Shown piece by piece: positions 1 to 10,900 of a stretch of DNA of 64,000 nucleotides. Source of the stretch: Camelus dromedarius (taxonomy: Eukaryota); contig NC_087472.1 of NCBI RefSeq assembly GCF_036321535.1, positions 94,118,001 through 94,182,000 of the forward strand. The letters run 5' to 3'. Below the pieces are notes generated by a model that saw only the letters and a program-made list of their open reading frames with translations, did not search any database and was not told the DNA's origin. Each line of letters opens with the position of its first letter. Position 1 is the stretch's first letter. The position numbers and the translations under genes were made by a program.

Positions 1-894
1 TCTCGCGGTAGAGACACCGAGGGTCAGAAATCGCCTTCGTCAGGCGCGGGGGGAGCAGCCGGGCGAGCTGCGGATGGACACGAGACGAACGGACCCAGAC
101 GTGTGCTGTTGAAGGCGAGGAAGAGGAGGCTTCCCACCGGATGGAGGTGTGTGGGCTGTGTGTTCCGGGCAGGTGAGGCGTCTTCTCCCCGGTAAAGCTG
201 AGCGCCAACAGGATGCAGCCGCTGCTGCTTTGTGGAGGCTTCAGGTACATCTCCCCACCACTTGGGGAGGACGCAGAAGGGCACCGAGCGCCCCAGTAAG
301 TCAGCGTGCTGGGATGTGCGGCGGGGCCGTCACAGCCCGAATCCCTGCCTGGCCCTGGCTTGCTGAAAGCGACAGCTCGGTTCATGGGAGGGTCTGTCCC
401 CGACGCTCCGGAGTGCCGTCCCGTCGTCAAGCGAGGTGCTCCTCCATCGGGCCCGGGACCTGCCCGAAAGCGGTCAGAAGGTTTTCGGGGCGATGTTTTC
501 GTCTCCATCCAGAGCTACGGAAAACTTGAGCTGGGACCAGTGCAAAGAAGCCTGGGAGAGGGTTCTCCACGGCAGCAACGGGCTCCACCCTCATGGCAGC
601 ATAAAGGGGTCAGCTTCCCCCCTTGTTGCAAGCCGAGGGCCAGAGGCTTGTGACTTTTGCCCCCGTGTGCCGAGCTCAGCGGGACGCTCATCGCAGACCC
701 GCTGACTGAGTGAGTGAACTTCCCCCTGTGAGCAAAAGCAGCTCCCCCGGGCCGTTCCCTAGCGCACAGGTGTTTGCTGCAAGTTGGGCTCCCCCTACGC
801 AGCGGAGATAGTCCTTCCTCAGAGCTGTCTGTGGTAGGGAGCAGGAGGTCACAGAGCCAGAGGCAGCTGAAGGAAGGCCCACCCTTGGCGGTGT

Positions 895-906
895 CTGCAT
901 GCGCAG
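895..906 (-). promoter_or_regulatory. NRF1-like motif, present in every unit
   Basis: Minus strand reads CTGCGCATGCAG versus NRF1 consensus CTGCGCATGCGC (10/12), in a CpG-rich context about 100 bp upstream of the donor at 1007. Confidence 0.4.
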
Positions 907-1006
907 TGAGCTTCCAGCGAGTGCTGGCAAGAAGGGGCGTTGGCGGCTCTTGGGGTGTCAGAAAGCCCGGGACCAAGAGGAGAACCTATGGATTCCAAGC
1001 AACGCA

Positions 1007-1012
1007 GTGAGT
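1007..1012 (+). other. Putative 5' splice donor GCA|GTGAGT, present in every unit
   Basis: Perfect GTRAGT hexamer, kept at the homologous position in the terminal copy (40938) and in the old monomer (ACA|GTAAGT, 45817). Confidence 0.5.
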
Positions 1013-1028
1013 GTTGTGTGACTTTGAC

Positions 1029-1040
1029 GGGGGGGGGGGG
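1029..1040 (+). repeat. Variable poly-G tract (G9-G15 across units)
   Basis: Lengths by unit: 12,13,14,15,13,14,15,13,14,13,10,9,9,9,9,9,9,10,10,10,10,11. Several were counted directly and all are consistent with unit spacing. Confidence 0.9.
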
Positions 1041-1329
1041 TGGTCCTCATCCGTTGCCCCTCATCCCGCTTGTGGAAACAGGATGGCTGGGGCCTCCTGG
1101 ACTCCCAGCAGTTAGGATTCCCTACCTGTGAAGTGGTGCTTGTCTGTGCACTTGAGTCCGTGTATTGTGACCTCAATGCTGCTGTTTTGAGTCCCACCCT
1201 CTGATGCCCAGGGATGCAGCCTGAGGGGCCCCCATGAGAAGGAGGACACCATGAGGAGGAAAGCAGCACGGAGAAATCGGCAAATTGAATCCTGCACATT
1301 CCACGGTGTGGCGTCGGGCTGACTTTCAG

Positions 1330-1470
1330 GAATGCCGGAAGAGCGGGATGGTTCCTGAGAATCTCTCGACCAGGCAGGAGGTCTGGGCGGGTGGGTGCGA
1401 CCCCGCCGCTCTAGAGGGTGCCCAGGTCTTGCTGATGAGGAGGCCGCAGTTTGGGAACAACCACTCTCCT
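1330..1470. mobile_element. Degenerate MER5-type (hAT-Charlie) remnant, in every unit; further MER5-like remnants at ~1045-1190 and ~1580-1697
   Basis: CCCAGGTCTTGCTGATG...AGTTTGGGAACAACCACT resembles the MER5 end CCCAGGTGATTCTGATG...AGTTTGAGAACCACTG; the old monomer has clearer MER5 copies at equivalent positions. Confidence 0.45.
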
Positions 1471-1748
1471 GCGTCGCTTAAGGTCAGCACGTGCCAGGGA
1501 CCGATTTGCTCTTCTGATGAGCAGGGAGTAAGTTAGCAAAAGCTGCAGAACGTAAAGCAACGGAACAAACCAAACGGTTCGGGTTTCAGTTGACGGAGGT
1601 CTGTCGGGTAAGTCTGGGCCCGTTGGCCCTGTCGGTACTGGCAGTTCAAAGGTGAGGACTGTGTGGCGGACTGCACGGGTGAGTAAGTGCTGTAGACAGC
1701 TCAGTCTCCTTTGAGCACGTTGGCGGGCGACGGAGCGTTGGGCAAGGG

Positions 1749-1975
1749 AATAATAGTACTGCCAGCTATTCCGTGTGGGCCGGGACAGGCGCTAAGGGCT
1801 TTTGTTTCTCCTGTCCTTTCAGAGTCACCCGTGAGGCAGGTGCGGAAACGTTCCCCGTCTCGCGGTAGAGACACCGAGGGTCAGAAATCGCCTTCGTCAG
1901 GCGCGGGGGGAGCAGCCGGGCGAGCTGCGGATGGACACGAGACGAACGGACCCAGACGTGTGCTGTTGAAGGCGA
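1749..1975 (-). mobile_element. GC-shifted MIR SINE remnant, in every unit
   Basis: AATAATAG...GGCGCTAAGGGCTTTT...CCCGTGAGGCAGGT...TTCCCCGTCTCGCGGTAGAGACACCGAGGGTCAGA follows antisense MIR (GTGCTAAGCGCTTTAC...CCTATGAGGTAGGT...ATCCCCATTTTACAGATGAGGAAACTGAGGCACAGA). It aligns positionally with the MIR at 44700-44930. Confidence 0.6.
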
Positions 1976-4900
1976 GGAAGAGGAGGCTTCCCACCGGATG
2001 GAGGTGTGTGGGCTGTGTGTTCCGGGCAGGTGAGGCGTCTTCTCCCCGGTAAAGCTGAGCGCCAACAGGATGCAGCCGCTGCTGCTTTGTGGAGGCTTCA
2101 GGTACATCTCCCCACCACTTGGGGAGGACGCAGAAGGGCACCGAGCGCCCCAGTAAGTCAGCGTGCTGGGATGTGCGGCGGGGCCGTCACAGCCCGAATC
2201 CCTGCCTGGCCCTGGCTTGCTGAAAGCGACAGCTCGGTTCATGGGAGGGTCTGTCCCCGACGCTCCGGAGTGCCGTCCCGTCGTCAAGCGAGGTGCTCCT
2301 CCATCGGGCCCGGGACCTGCCCGAAAGCGGTCAGAAGGTTTTCGGGGCGATGTTTTCGTCTCCATCCAGAGCTACGGAAAACTTGAGCTGGGACCAGTGC
2401 AAAGAAGCCTGGGAGAGGGTTCTCCACGGCAGCAACGGGCTCCACCCTCATGGCAGCATAAAGGGGTCAGCTTCCCCCCTTGTTGCAAGCCGAGGGCCAG
2501 AGGCTTGTGACTTTTGCCCCCGTGTGCCGAGCTCAGCGGGACGCTCATCGCAGACCCGCTGACTGAGTGAGTGAACTTCCCCCTGTGAGCAAAAGCAGCT
2601 CCCCCGGGCCGTTCCCTAGCGCAGAGGTGTTTGCTGCAAGTTGGGCTCCCCCTACGCAGCGGAGATAGTCCTTCCTCAGAGCTGTCTGTGGTAGGGAGCA
2701 GGAGGTCACAGAGCCAGAGGCAGCTGAAGGAAGGCCCACCCTTGGCGGTGTCTGCATGCGCAGTGAGCTTCCAGCGAGTGCTGGCAAGAAGGGGCGTTGG
2801 CGGCTCTTGGGGTGTCAGAAAGCCCGGGACCAAGAGGAGAACCTATGGATTCCAAGCAACGCAGTGAGTGTTGTGTGACTTTGACGGGGGGGGGGGGGTG
2901 GTCCTCATCCGTTGCCCCTCATCCCGCTTGTGGAAACAGGATGGCTGGGGCCTCCTGGACTCCCAGCAGTTAGGATTCCCTACCTGTGAAGTGGTGCTTG
3001 TCTGTGCACTTGAGTCCGTGTATTGTGACCTCAATGCTGCTGTTTTGAGTCCCACCCTCTGACGCCCAGGGATGCAGCCTGAGGGGCCCCCATGAGAAGG
3101 AGGACACCATGAGGAGGAAAGCAGCACGGAGAAATCGGCAAATTGAATCCTGCACATTCCACGGTGTGGCGTCGGGCTGACTTTCAGGAATGCCGGAAGA
3201 GCGGGATGGTTCCTGAGAATCTCTCGACCAGGCAGGAGGTCTGGGCGGGTGGGTGCGACCCCGCCGCTCTAGAGGGTGCCCAGGTCTTGCTGATGAGGAG
3301 GCCGCAGTTTGGGAACAACCACTCTCCTGCGTCGCTTAAGGTCAGCACGTGCCAGGGACCGATTTGCTCTTCTGATGAGCAGGGAGTAAGTTAGCAAAAG
3401 CTGCAGAACGTAAAGCAACGGAACAAACCAAACGGTTCGGGTTTCAGTTGACGGAGGTCTGTCGGGTAAGTCTGGGCCCGTTGGCCCTGTCGGTACTGGC
3501 AGTTCAAAGGTGAGGACTGTGTGGCGGACTGCACGGGTGAGTAAGTGCTGTAGACAGCTCAGTCTCCTTTGAGCACGTTGGCGGGCGACGGAGCGTTGGG
3601 CAAGGGAATAATAGTACTGCCAGCTATTCCGTGTGGGCCGGGACAGGCGCTAAGGGCTTTTGTTTCTCCTGTCCTTTCAGAGTCACCCGTGAGGCAGGTG
3701 CGGAAACGTTCCCCGTCTCGCGGTAGAGACACCGAGGGTCAGAAATCGCCTTCGTCAGGCGCGGGGGGAGCAGCCGGGCGAGCTGCGGATGGACACGAGA
3801 CGAACGGACCCAGACGTGTGCTGTTGAAGGCGAGGAAGAGGAGGCTTCCCACCGGATGGAGGTGTGTGGGCTGTGTGTTCCGGGCAGGTGAGGCGTCTTC
3901 TCCCCGGTAAAGCTGAGCGCCAACAGGATGCAGCCGCTGCTGCTTTGTGGAGGCTTCAGGTACATCTCCCCACCACTTGGGGAGGACGCAGAAGGGCACC
4001 GAGCGCCCCAGTAAGTCAGCGTGCTGGGATGTGCGGCGGGGCCGTCACAGCCCGAATCCCTGCCTGGCCCTGGCTTGCTGAAAGCGACAGCTCGGTTCAT
4101 GGGAGGGTCTGTCCCCGACGCTCCGGAGTGCCGTCCCGTCGTCAAGCGAGGTGCTCCTCCATCGGGCCCGGGACCTGCCCGAAAGCGGTCAGAAGGTTTT
4201 CGGGGCGATGTTTTCGTCTCCATCCAGAGCTACGGAAAACTTGAGCTGGGACCAGTGCAAAGAAGCCTGGGAGAGGGTTCTCCACGGCAGCAACGGGCTC
4301 CACCCTCATGGCAGCATAAAGGGGTCAGCTTCCCCCCTTGTTGCAAGCCGAGGGCCAGAGGCTTGTGACTTTTGCCCCCGTGTGCCGAGCTCAGCGGGAC
4401 GCTCATCGCAGACCCGCTGACTGAGTGAGTGAACTTCCCCCTGTGAGCAAAAGCAGCTCCCCCGGGCCGTTCCCTAGCGCACAGGTGTTTGCTGCAAGTT
4501 GGGCTCCCCCTACGCAGCGGAGATAGTCCTTCCTCAGAGCTGTCTGTGGTAGGGAGCAGGAGGTCACAGAGCCAGAGGCAGCTGAAGGAAGGCCCACCCT
4601 TGGCGGTGTCTGCATGCGCAGTGAGCTTCCAGCGAGTGCTGGCAAGAAGGGGCGTTGGCGGCTCTTGGGGTGTCAGAAAGCCCGGGACCAAGAGGAGAAC
4701 CTATGGATTCCAAGCAACGCAGTGAGTGTTGTGTGACTTTGACGGGGGGGGGGGGGGTGGTCCTCATCCGTTGCCCCTCATCCCGCTTGTGGAAACAGGA
4801 TGGCTGGGGCCTCCTGGACTCCCAGCAGTTAGGATTCCCTACCTGTGAAGTGGTGCTTGTCTGTGCACTTGAGTCCGTGTATTGTGACCTCAATGCTGCT

Positions 4901-7900
4901 GTTTTGAGTCCCACCCTCTGACGCCCAGGGATGCAGCCTGAGGGGCCCCCATGAGAAGGAGGACACCATGAGGAGGAAAGCAGCACGGAGAAATCGGCAA
5001 ATTGAATCCTGCACATTCCACGGTGTGGCGTCGGGCTGACTTTCAGGAATGCCGGAAGAGCGGGATGGTTCCTGAGAATCTCTCGACCAGGCAGGAGGTC
5101 TGGGCGGGTGGGTGCGACCCCGCCGCTCTAGAGGGTGCCCAGGTCTTGCTGATGAGGAGGCCGCAGTTTGGGAACAACCACTCTCCTGCGTCGCTTAAGG
5201 TCAGCACGTGCCAGGGACCGATTTGCTCTTCTGATGAGCAGGGAGTAAGTTAGCAAAAGCTGCAGAACGTAAAGCAACGGAACAAACCAAACGGTTCGGG
5301 TTTCAGTTGACGGAGGTCTGTCGGGTAAGTCTGGGCCCGTTGGCCCTGTCGGTACTGGCAGTTCAAAGGTGAGGACTGTGTGGCGGACTGCACGGGTGAG
5401 TAAGTGCTGTAGACAGCTCAGTCTCCTTTGAGCACGTTGGCGGGCGACGGAGCGTTGGGCAAGGGAATAATAGTACTGCCAGCTATTCCGTGTGGGCCGG
5501 GACAGGCGCTAAGGGCTTTTGTTTCTCCTGTCCTTTCAGAGTCACCCGTGAGGCAGGTGCGGAAACGTTCCCCGTCTCGCGGTAGAGACACCGAGGGTCA
5601 GAAATCGCCTTCGTCAGGCGCGGGGGGAGCAGCCGGGCGAGCTGCGGATGGACACGAGACGAACGGACCCAGACGTGTGCTGTTGAAGGCGAGGAAGAGG
5701 AGGCTTCCCACCGGATGGAGGTGTGTGGGCTGTGTGTTCCGGGCAGGTGAGGCGTCTTCTCCCCGGTAAAGCTGAGCGCCAACAGGATGCAGCCGCTGCT
5801 GCTTTGTGGAGGCTTCAGGTACATCTCCCCACCACTTGGGGAGGACGCAGAAGGGCACCGAGCGCCCCAGTAAGTCAGCGTGCTGGGATGTGCGGCGGGG
5901 CCGTCACAGCCCGAATCCCTGCCTGGCCCTGGCTTGCTGAAAGCGACAGCTCGGTTCATGGGAGGGTCTGTCCCCGACGCTCCGGAGTGCCGTCCCGTCG
6001 TCAAGCGAGGTGCTCCTCCATCGGGCCCGGGACCTGCCCGAAAGCGGTCAGAAGGTTTTCGGGGCGATGTTTTCGTCTCCATCCAGAGCTACGGAAAACT
6101 TGAGCTGGGACCAGTGCAAAGAAGCCTGGGAGAGGGTTCTCCACGGCAGCAACGGGCTCCACCCTCATGGCAGCATAAAGGGGTCAGCTTCCCCCCTTGT
6201 TGCAAGCCGAGGGCCAGAGGCTTGTGACTTTTGCCCCCGTGTGCCGAGCTCAGCGGGACGCTCATCGCAGACCCGCTGACTGAGTGAGTGAACTTCCCCC
6301 TGTGAGCAAAAGCAGCTCCCCCGGGCCGTTCCCTAGCGCACAGGTGTTTGCTGCAAGTTGGGCTCCCCCTACGCAGCGGAGATAGTCCTTCCTCAGAGCT
6401 GTCTGTGGTAGGGAGCAGGAGGTCACAGAGCCAGAGGCAGCTGAAGGAAGGCCCACCCTTGGCGGTGTCTGCATGCGCAGTGAGCTTCCAGCGAGTGCTG
6501 GCAAGAAGGGGCGTTGGCGGCTCTTGGGGTGTCAGAAAGCCCGGGACCAAGAGGAGAACCTATGGATTCCAAGCAACGCAGTGAGTGTTGTGTGACTTTG
6601 ACGGGGGGGGGGGGGGGTGGTCCTCATCCGTTGCCCCTCATCCCGCTTGTGGAAACAGGATGGCTGGGGCCTCCTGGACTCCCAGCAGTTAGGATTCCCT
6701 ACCTGTGAAGTGGTGCTTGTCTGTGCACTTGAGTCCGTGTATTGTGACCTCAATGCTGCTGTTTTGAGTCCCACCCTCTGATGCCCAGGGATGCAGCCTG
6801 AGGGGCCCCCATGAGAAGGAGGACACCATGAGGAGGAAAGCAGCACGGAGAAATCGGCAAATTGAATCCTGCACATTCCACGGTGTGGCGTCGGGCTGAC
6901 TTTCAGGAATGCCGGAAGAGCGGGATGGTTCCTGAGAATCTCTCGACCAGGCAGGAGGTCTGGGCGGGTGGGTGCGACCCCGCCGCTCTAGAGGGTGCCC
7001 AGGTCTTGCTGATGAGGAGGCCGCAGTTTGGGAACAACCACTCTCCTGCGTCGCTTAAGGTCAGCACGTGCCAGGGACCGATTTGCTCTTCTGATGAGCA
7101 GGGAGTAAGTTAGCAAAAGCTGCAGAACGTAAAGCAACGGAACAAACCAAACGGTTCGGGTTTCAGTTGACGGAGGTCTGTCGGGTAAGTCTGGGCCCGT
7201 TGGCCCTGTCGGTACTGGCAGTTCAAAGGTGAGGACTGTGTGGCGGACTGCACGGGTGAGTAAGTGCTGTAGACAGCTCAGTCTCCTTTGAGCACGTTGG
7301 CGGGCGACGGAGCGTTGGGCAAGGGAATAATAGTACTGCCAGCTATTCCGTGTGGGCCGGGACAGGCGCTAAGGGCTTTTGTTTCTCCTGTCCTTTCAGA
7401 GTCACCCGTGAGGCAGGTGCGGAAACGTTCCCCGTCTCGCGGTAGAGACACCGAGGGTCAGAAATCGCCTTCGTCAGGCGCGGGGGGAGCAGCCGGGCGA
7501 GCTGCGGATGGACACGAGACGAACGGACCCAGACGTGTGCTGTTGAAGGCGAGGAAGAGGAGGCTTCCCACCGGATGGAGGTGTGTGGGCTGTGTGTTCC
7601 GGGCAGGTGAGGCGTCTTCTCCCCGGTAAAGCTGAGCGCCAACAGGATGCAGCCGCTGCTGCTTTGTGGAGGCTTCAGGTACATCTCCCCACCACTTGGG
7701 GAGGACGCAGAAGGGCACCGAGCGCCCCAGTAAGTCAGCGTGCTGGGATGTGCGGCGGGGCCGTCACAGCCCGAATCCCTGCCTGGCCCTGGCTTGCTGA
7801 AAGCGACAGCTCGGTTCATGGGAGGGTCTGTCCCCGACGCTCCGGAGTGCCGTCCCGTCGTCAAGCGAGGTGCTCCTCCATCGGGCCCGGGACCTGCCCG

Positions 7901-10900
7901 AAAGCGGTCAGAAGGTTTTCGGGGCGATGTTTTCGTCTCCATCCAGAGCTACGGAAAACTTGAGCTGGGACCAGTGCAAAGAAGCCTGGGAGAGGGTTCT
8001 CCACGGCAGCAACGGGCTCCACCCTCATGGCAGCATAAAGGGGTCAGCTTCCCCCCTTGTTGCAAGCCGAGGGCCAGAGGCTTGTGACTTTTGCCCCCGT
8101 GTGCCGAGCTCAGCGGGACGCTCATCGCAGACCCGCTGACTGAGTGAGTGAACTTCCCCCTGTGAGCAAAAGCAGCTCCCCCGGGCCGTTCCCTAGCGCA
8201 GAGGTGTTTGCTGCAAGTTGGGCTCCCCCTACGCAGCGGAGATAGTCCTTCCTCAGAGCTGTCTGTGGTAGGGAGCAGGAGGTCACAGAGCCAGAGGCAG
8301 CTGAAGGAAGGCCCACCCTTGGCGGTGTCTGCATGCGCAGTGAGCTTCCAGCGAGTGCTGGCAAGAAGGGGCGTTGGCGGCTCTTGGGGTGTCAGAAAGC
8401 CCGGGACCAAGAGGAGAACCTATGGATTCCAAGCAACGCAGTGAGTGTTGTGTGACTTTGACGGGGGGGGGGGGGTGGTCCTCATCCGTTGCCCCTCATC
8501 CCGCTTGTGGAAACAGGATGGCTGGGGCCTCCTGGACTCCCAGCAGTTAGGATTCCCTACCTGTGAAGTGGTGCTTGTCTGTGCACTTGAGTCCGTGTAT
8601 TGTGACCTCAATGCTGCTGTTTTGAGTCCCACCCTCTGACGCCCAGGGATGCAGCCTGAGGGGCCCCCATGAGAAGGAGGACACCATGAGGAGGAAAGCA
8701 GCACGGAGAAATCGGCAAATTGAATCCTGCACATTCCACGGTGTGGCGTCGGGCTGACTTTCAGGAATGCCGGAAGAGCGGGATGGTTCCTGAGAATCTC
8801 TCGACCAGGCAGGAGGTCTGGGCGGGTGGGTGCGACCCCGCCGCTCTAGAGGGTGCCCAGGTCTTGCTGATGAGGAGGCCGCAGTTTGGGAACAACCACT
8901 CTCCTGCGTCGCTTAAGGTCAGCACGTGCCAGGGACCGATTTGCTCTTCTGATGAGCAGGGAGTAAGTTAGCAAAAGCTGCAGAACGTAAAGCAACGGAA
9001 CAAACCAAACGGTTCGGGTTTCAGTTGACGGAGGTCTGTCGGGTAAGTCTGGGCCCGTTGGCCCTGTCGGTACTGGCAGTTCAAAGGTGAGGACTGTGTG
9101 GCGGACTGCACGGGTGAGTAAGTGCTGTAGACAGCTCAGTCTCCTTTGAGCACGTTGGCGGGCGACGGAGCGTTGGGCAAGGGAATAATAGTACTGCCAG
9201 CTATTCCGTGTGGGCCGGGACAGGCGCTAAGGGCTTTTGTTTCTCCTGTCCTTTCAGAGTCACCCGTGAGGCAGGTGCGGAAACGTTCCCCGTCTCGCGG
9301 TAGAGACACCGAGGGTCAGAAATCGCCTTCGTCAGGCGCGGGGGGAGCAGCCGGGCGAGCTGCGGATGGACACGAGACGAACGGACCCAGACGTGTGCTG
9401 TTGAAGGCGAGGAAGAGGAGGCTTCCCACCGGATGGAGGTGTGTGGGCTGTGTGTTCCGGGCAGGTGAGGCGTCTTCTCCCCGGTAAAGCTGAGCGCCAA
9501 CAGGATGCAGCCGCTGCTGCTTTGTGGAGGCTTCAGGTACATCTCCCCACCACTTGGGGAGGACGCAGAAGGGCACCGAGCGCCCCAGTAAGTCAGCGTG
9601 CTGGGATGTGCGGCGGGGCCGTCACAGCCCGAATCCCTGCCTGGCCCTGGCTTGCTGAAAGCGACAGCTCGGTTCATGGGAGGGTCTGTCCCCGACGCTC
9701 CGGAGTGCCGTCCCGTCGTCAAGCGAGGTGCTCCTCCATCGGGCCCGGGACCTGCCCGAAAGCGGTCAGAAGGTTTTCGGGGCGATGTTTTCGTCTCCAT
9801 CCAGAGCTACGGAAAACTTGAGCTGGGACCAGTGCAAAGAAGCCTGGGAGAGGGTTCTCCACGGCAGCAACGGGCTCCACCCTCATGGCAGCATAAAGGG
9901 GTCAGCTTCCCCCCTTGTTGCAAGCCGAGGGCCAGAGGCTTGTGACTTTTGCCCCCGTGTGCCGAGCTCAGCGGGACGCTCATCGCAGACCCGCTGACTG
10001 AGTGAGTGAACTTCCCCCTGTGAGCAAAAGCAGCTCCCCCGGGCCGTTCCCTAGCGCACAGGTGTTTGCTGCAAGTTGGGCTCCCCCTACGCAGCGGAGA
10101 TAGTCCTTCCTCAGAGCTGTCTGTGGTAGGGAGCAGGAGGTCACAGAGCCAGAGGCAGCTGAAGGAAGGCCCACCCTTGGCGGTGTCTGCATGCGCAGTG
10201 AGCTTCCAGCGAGTGCTGGCAAGAAGGGGCGTTGGCGGCTCTTGGGGTGTCAGAAAGCCCGGGACCAAGAGGAGAACCTATGGATTCCAAGCAACGCAGT
10301 GAGTGTTGTGTGACTTTGACGGGGGGGGGGGGGGTGGTCCTCATCCGTTGCCCCTCATCCCGCTTGTGGAAACAGGATGGCTGGGGCCTCCTGGACTCCC
10401 AGCAGTTAGGATTCCCTACCTGTGAAGTGGTGCTTGTCTGTGCACTTGAGTCCGTGTATTGTGACCTCAATGCTGCTGTTTTGAGTCCCACCCTCTGACG
10501 CCCAGGGATGCAGCCTGAGGGGCCCCCATGAGAAGGAGGACACCATGAGGAGGAAAGCAGCACGGAGAAATCGGCAAATTGAATCCTGCACATTCCACGG
10601 TGTGGCGTCGGGCTGACTTTCAGGAATGCCGGAAGAGCGGGATGGTTCCTGAGAATCTCTCGACCAGGCAGGAGGTCTGGGCGGGTGGGTGCGACCCCGC
10701 CGCTCTAGAGGGTGCCCAGGTCTTGCTGATGAGGAGGCCGCAGTTTGGGAACAACCACTCTCCTGCGTCGCTTAAGGTCAGCACGTGCCAGGGACCGATT
10801 TGCTCTTCTGATGAGCAGGGAGTAAGTTAGCAAAAGCTGCAGAACGTAAAGCAACGGAACAAACCAAACGGTTCGGGTTTCAGTTGACGGAGGTCTGTCG

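Noticed and set aside
673..706. Vault-RNA-like motifs (AGCTCAGCGG ... AGACCCGC) with an 8-bp stem
   Set aside because: Too short, and lacks both the GGTTCGAGAC B box and an oligo-T terminator.
1432..1520. C/D box snoRNA (TGATGA ... CTGA), as in SNORD115/116 arrays of similar period
   Set aside because: The C box lacks the 5' purine, there is no similarity to SNORD115/116, and the segment is better explained as a MER5 end.
1600..1700. 5S rRNA gene (GC-rich ~2 kb tandem unit, GTGCTGTAG)
   Set aside because: Only a 9-mer matches; there is no 5S body or terminator.
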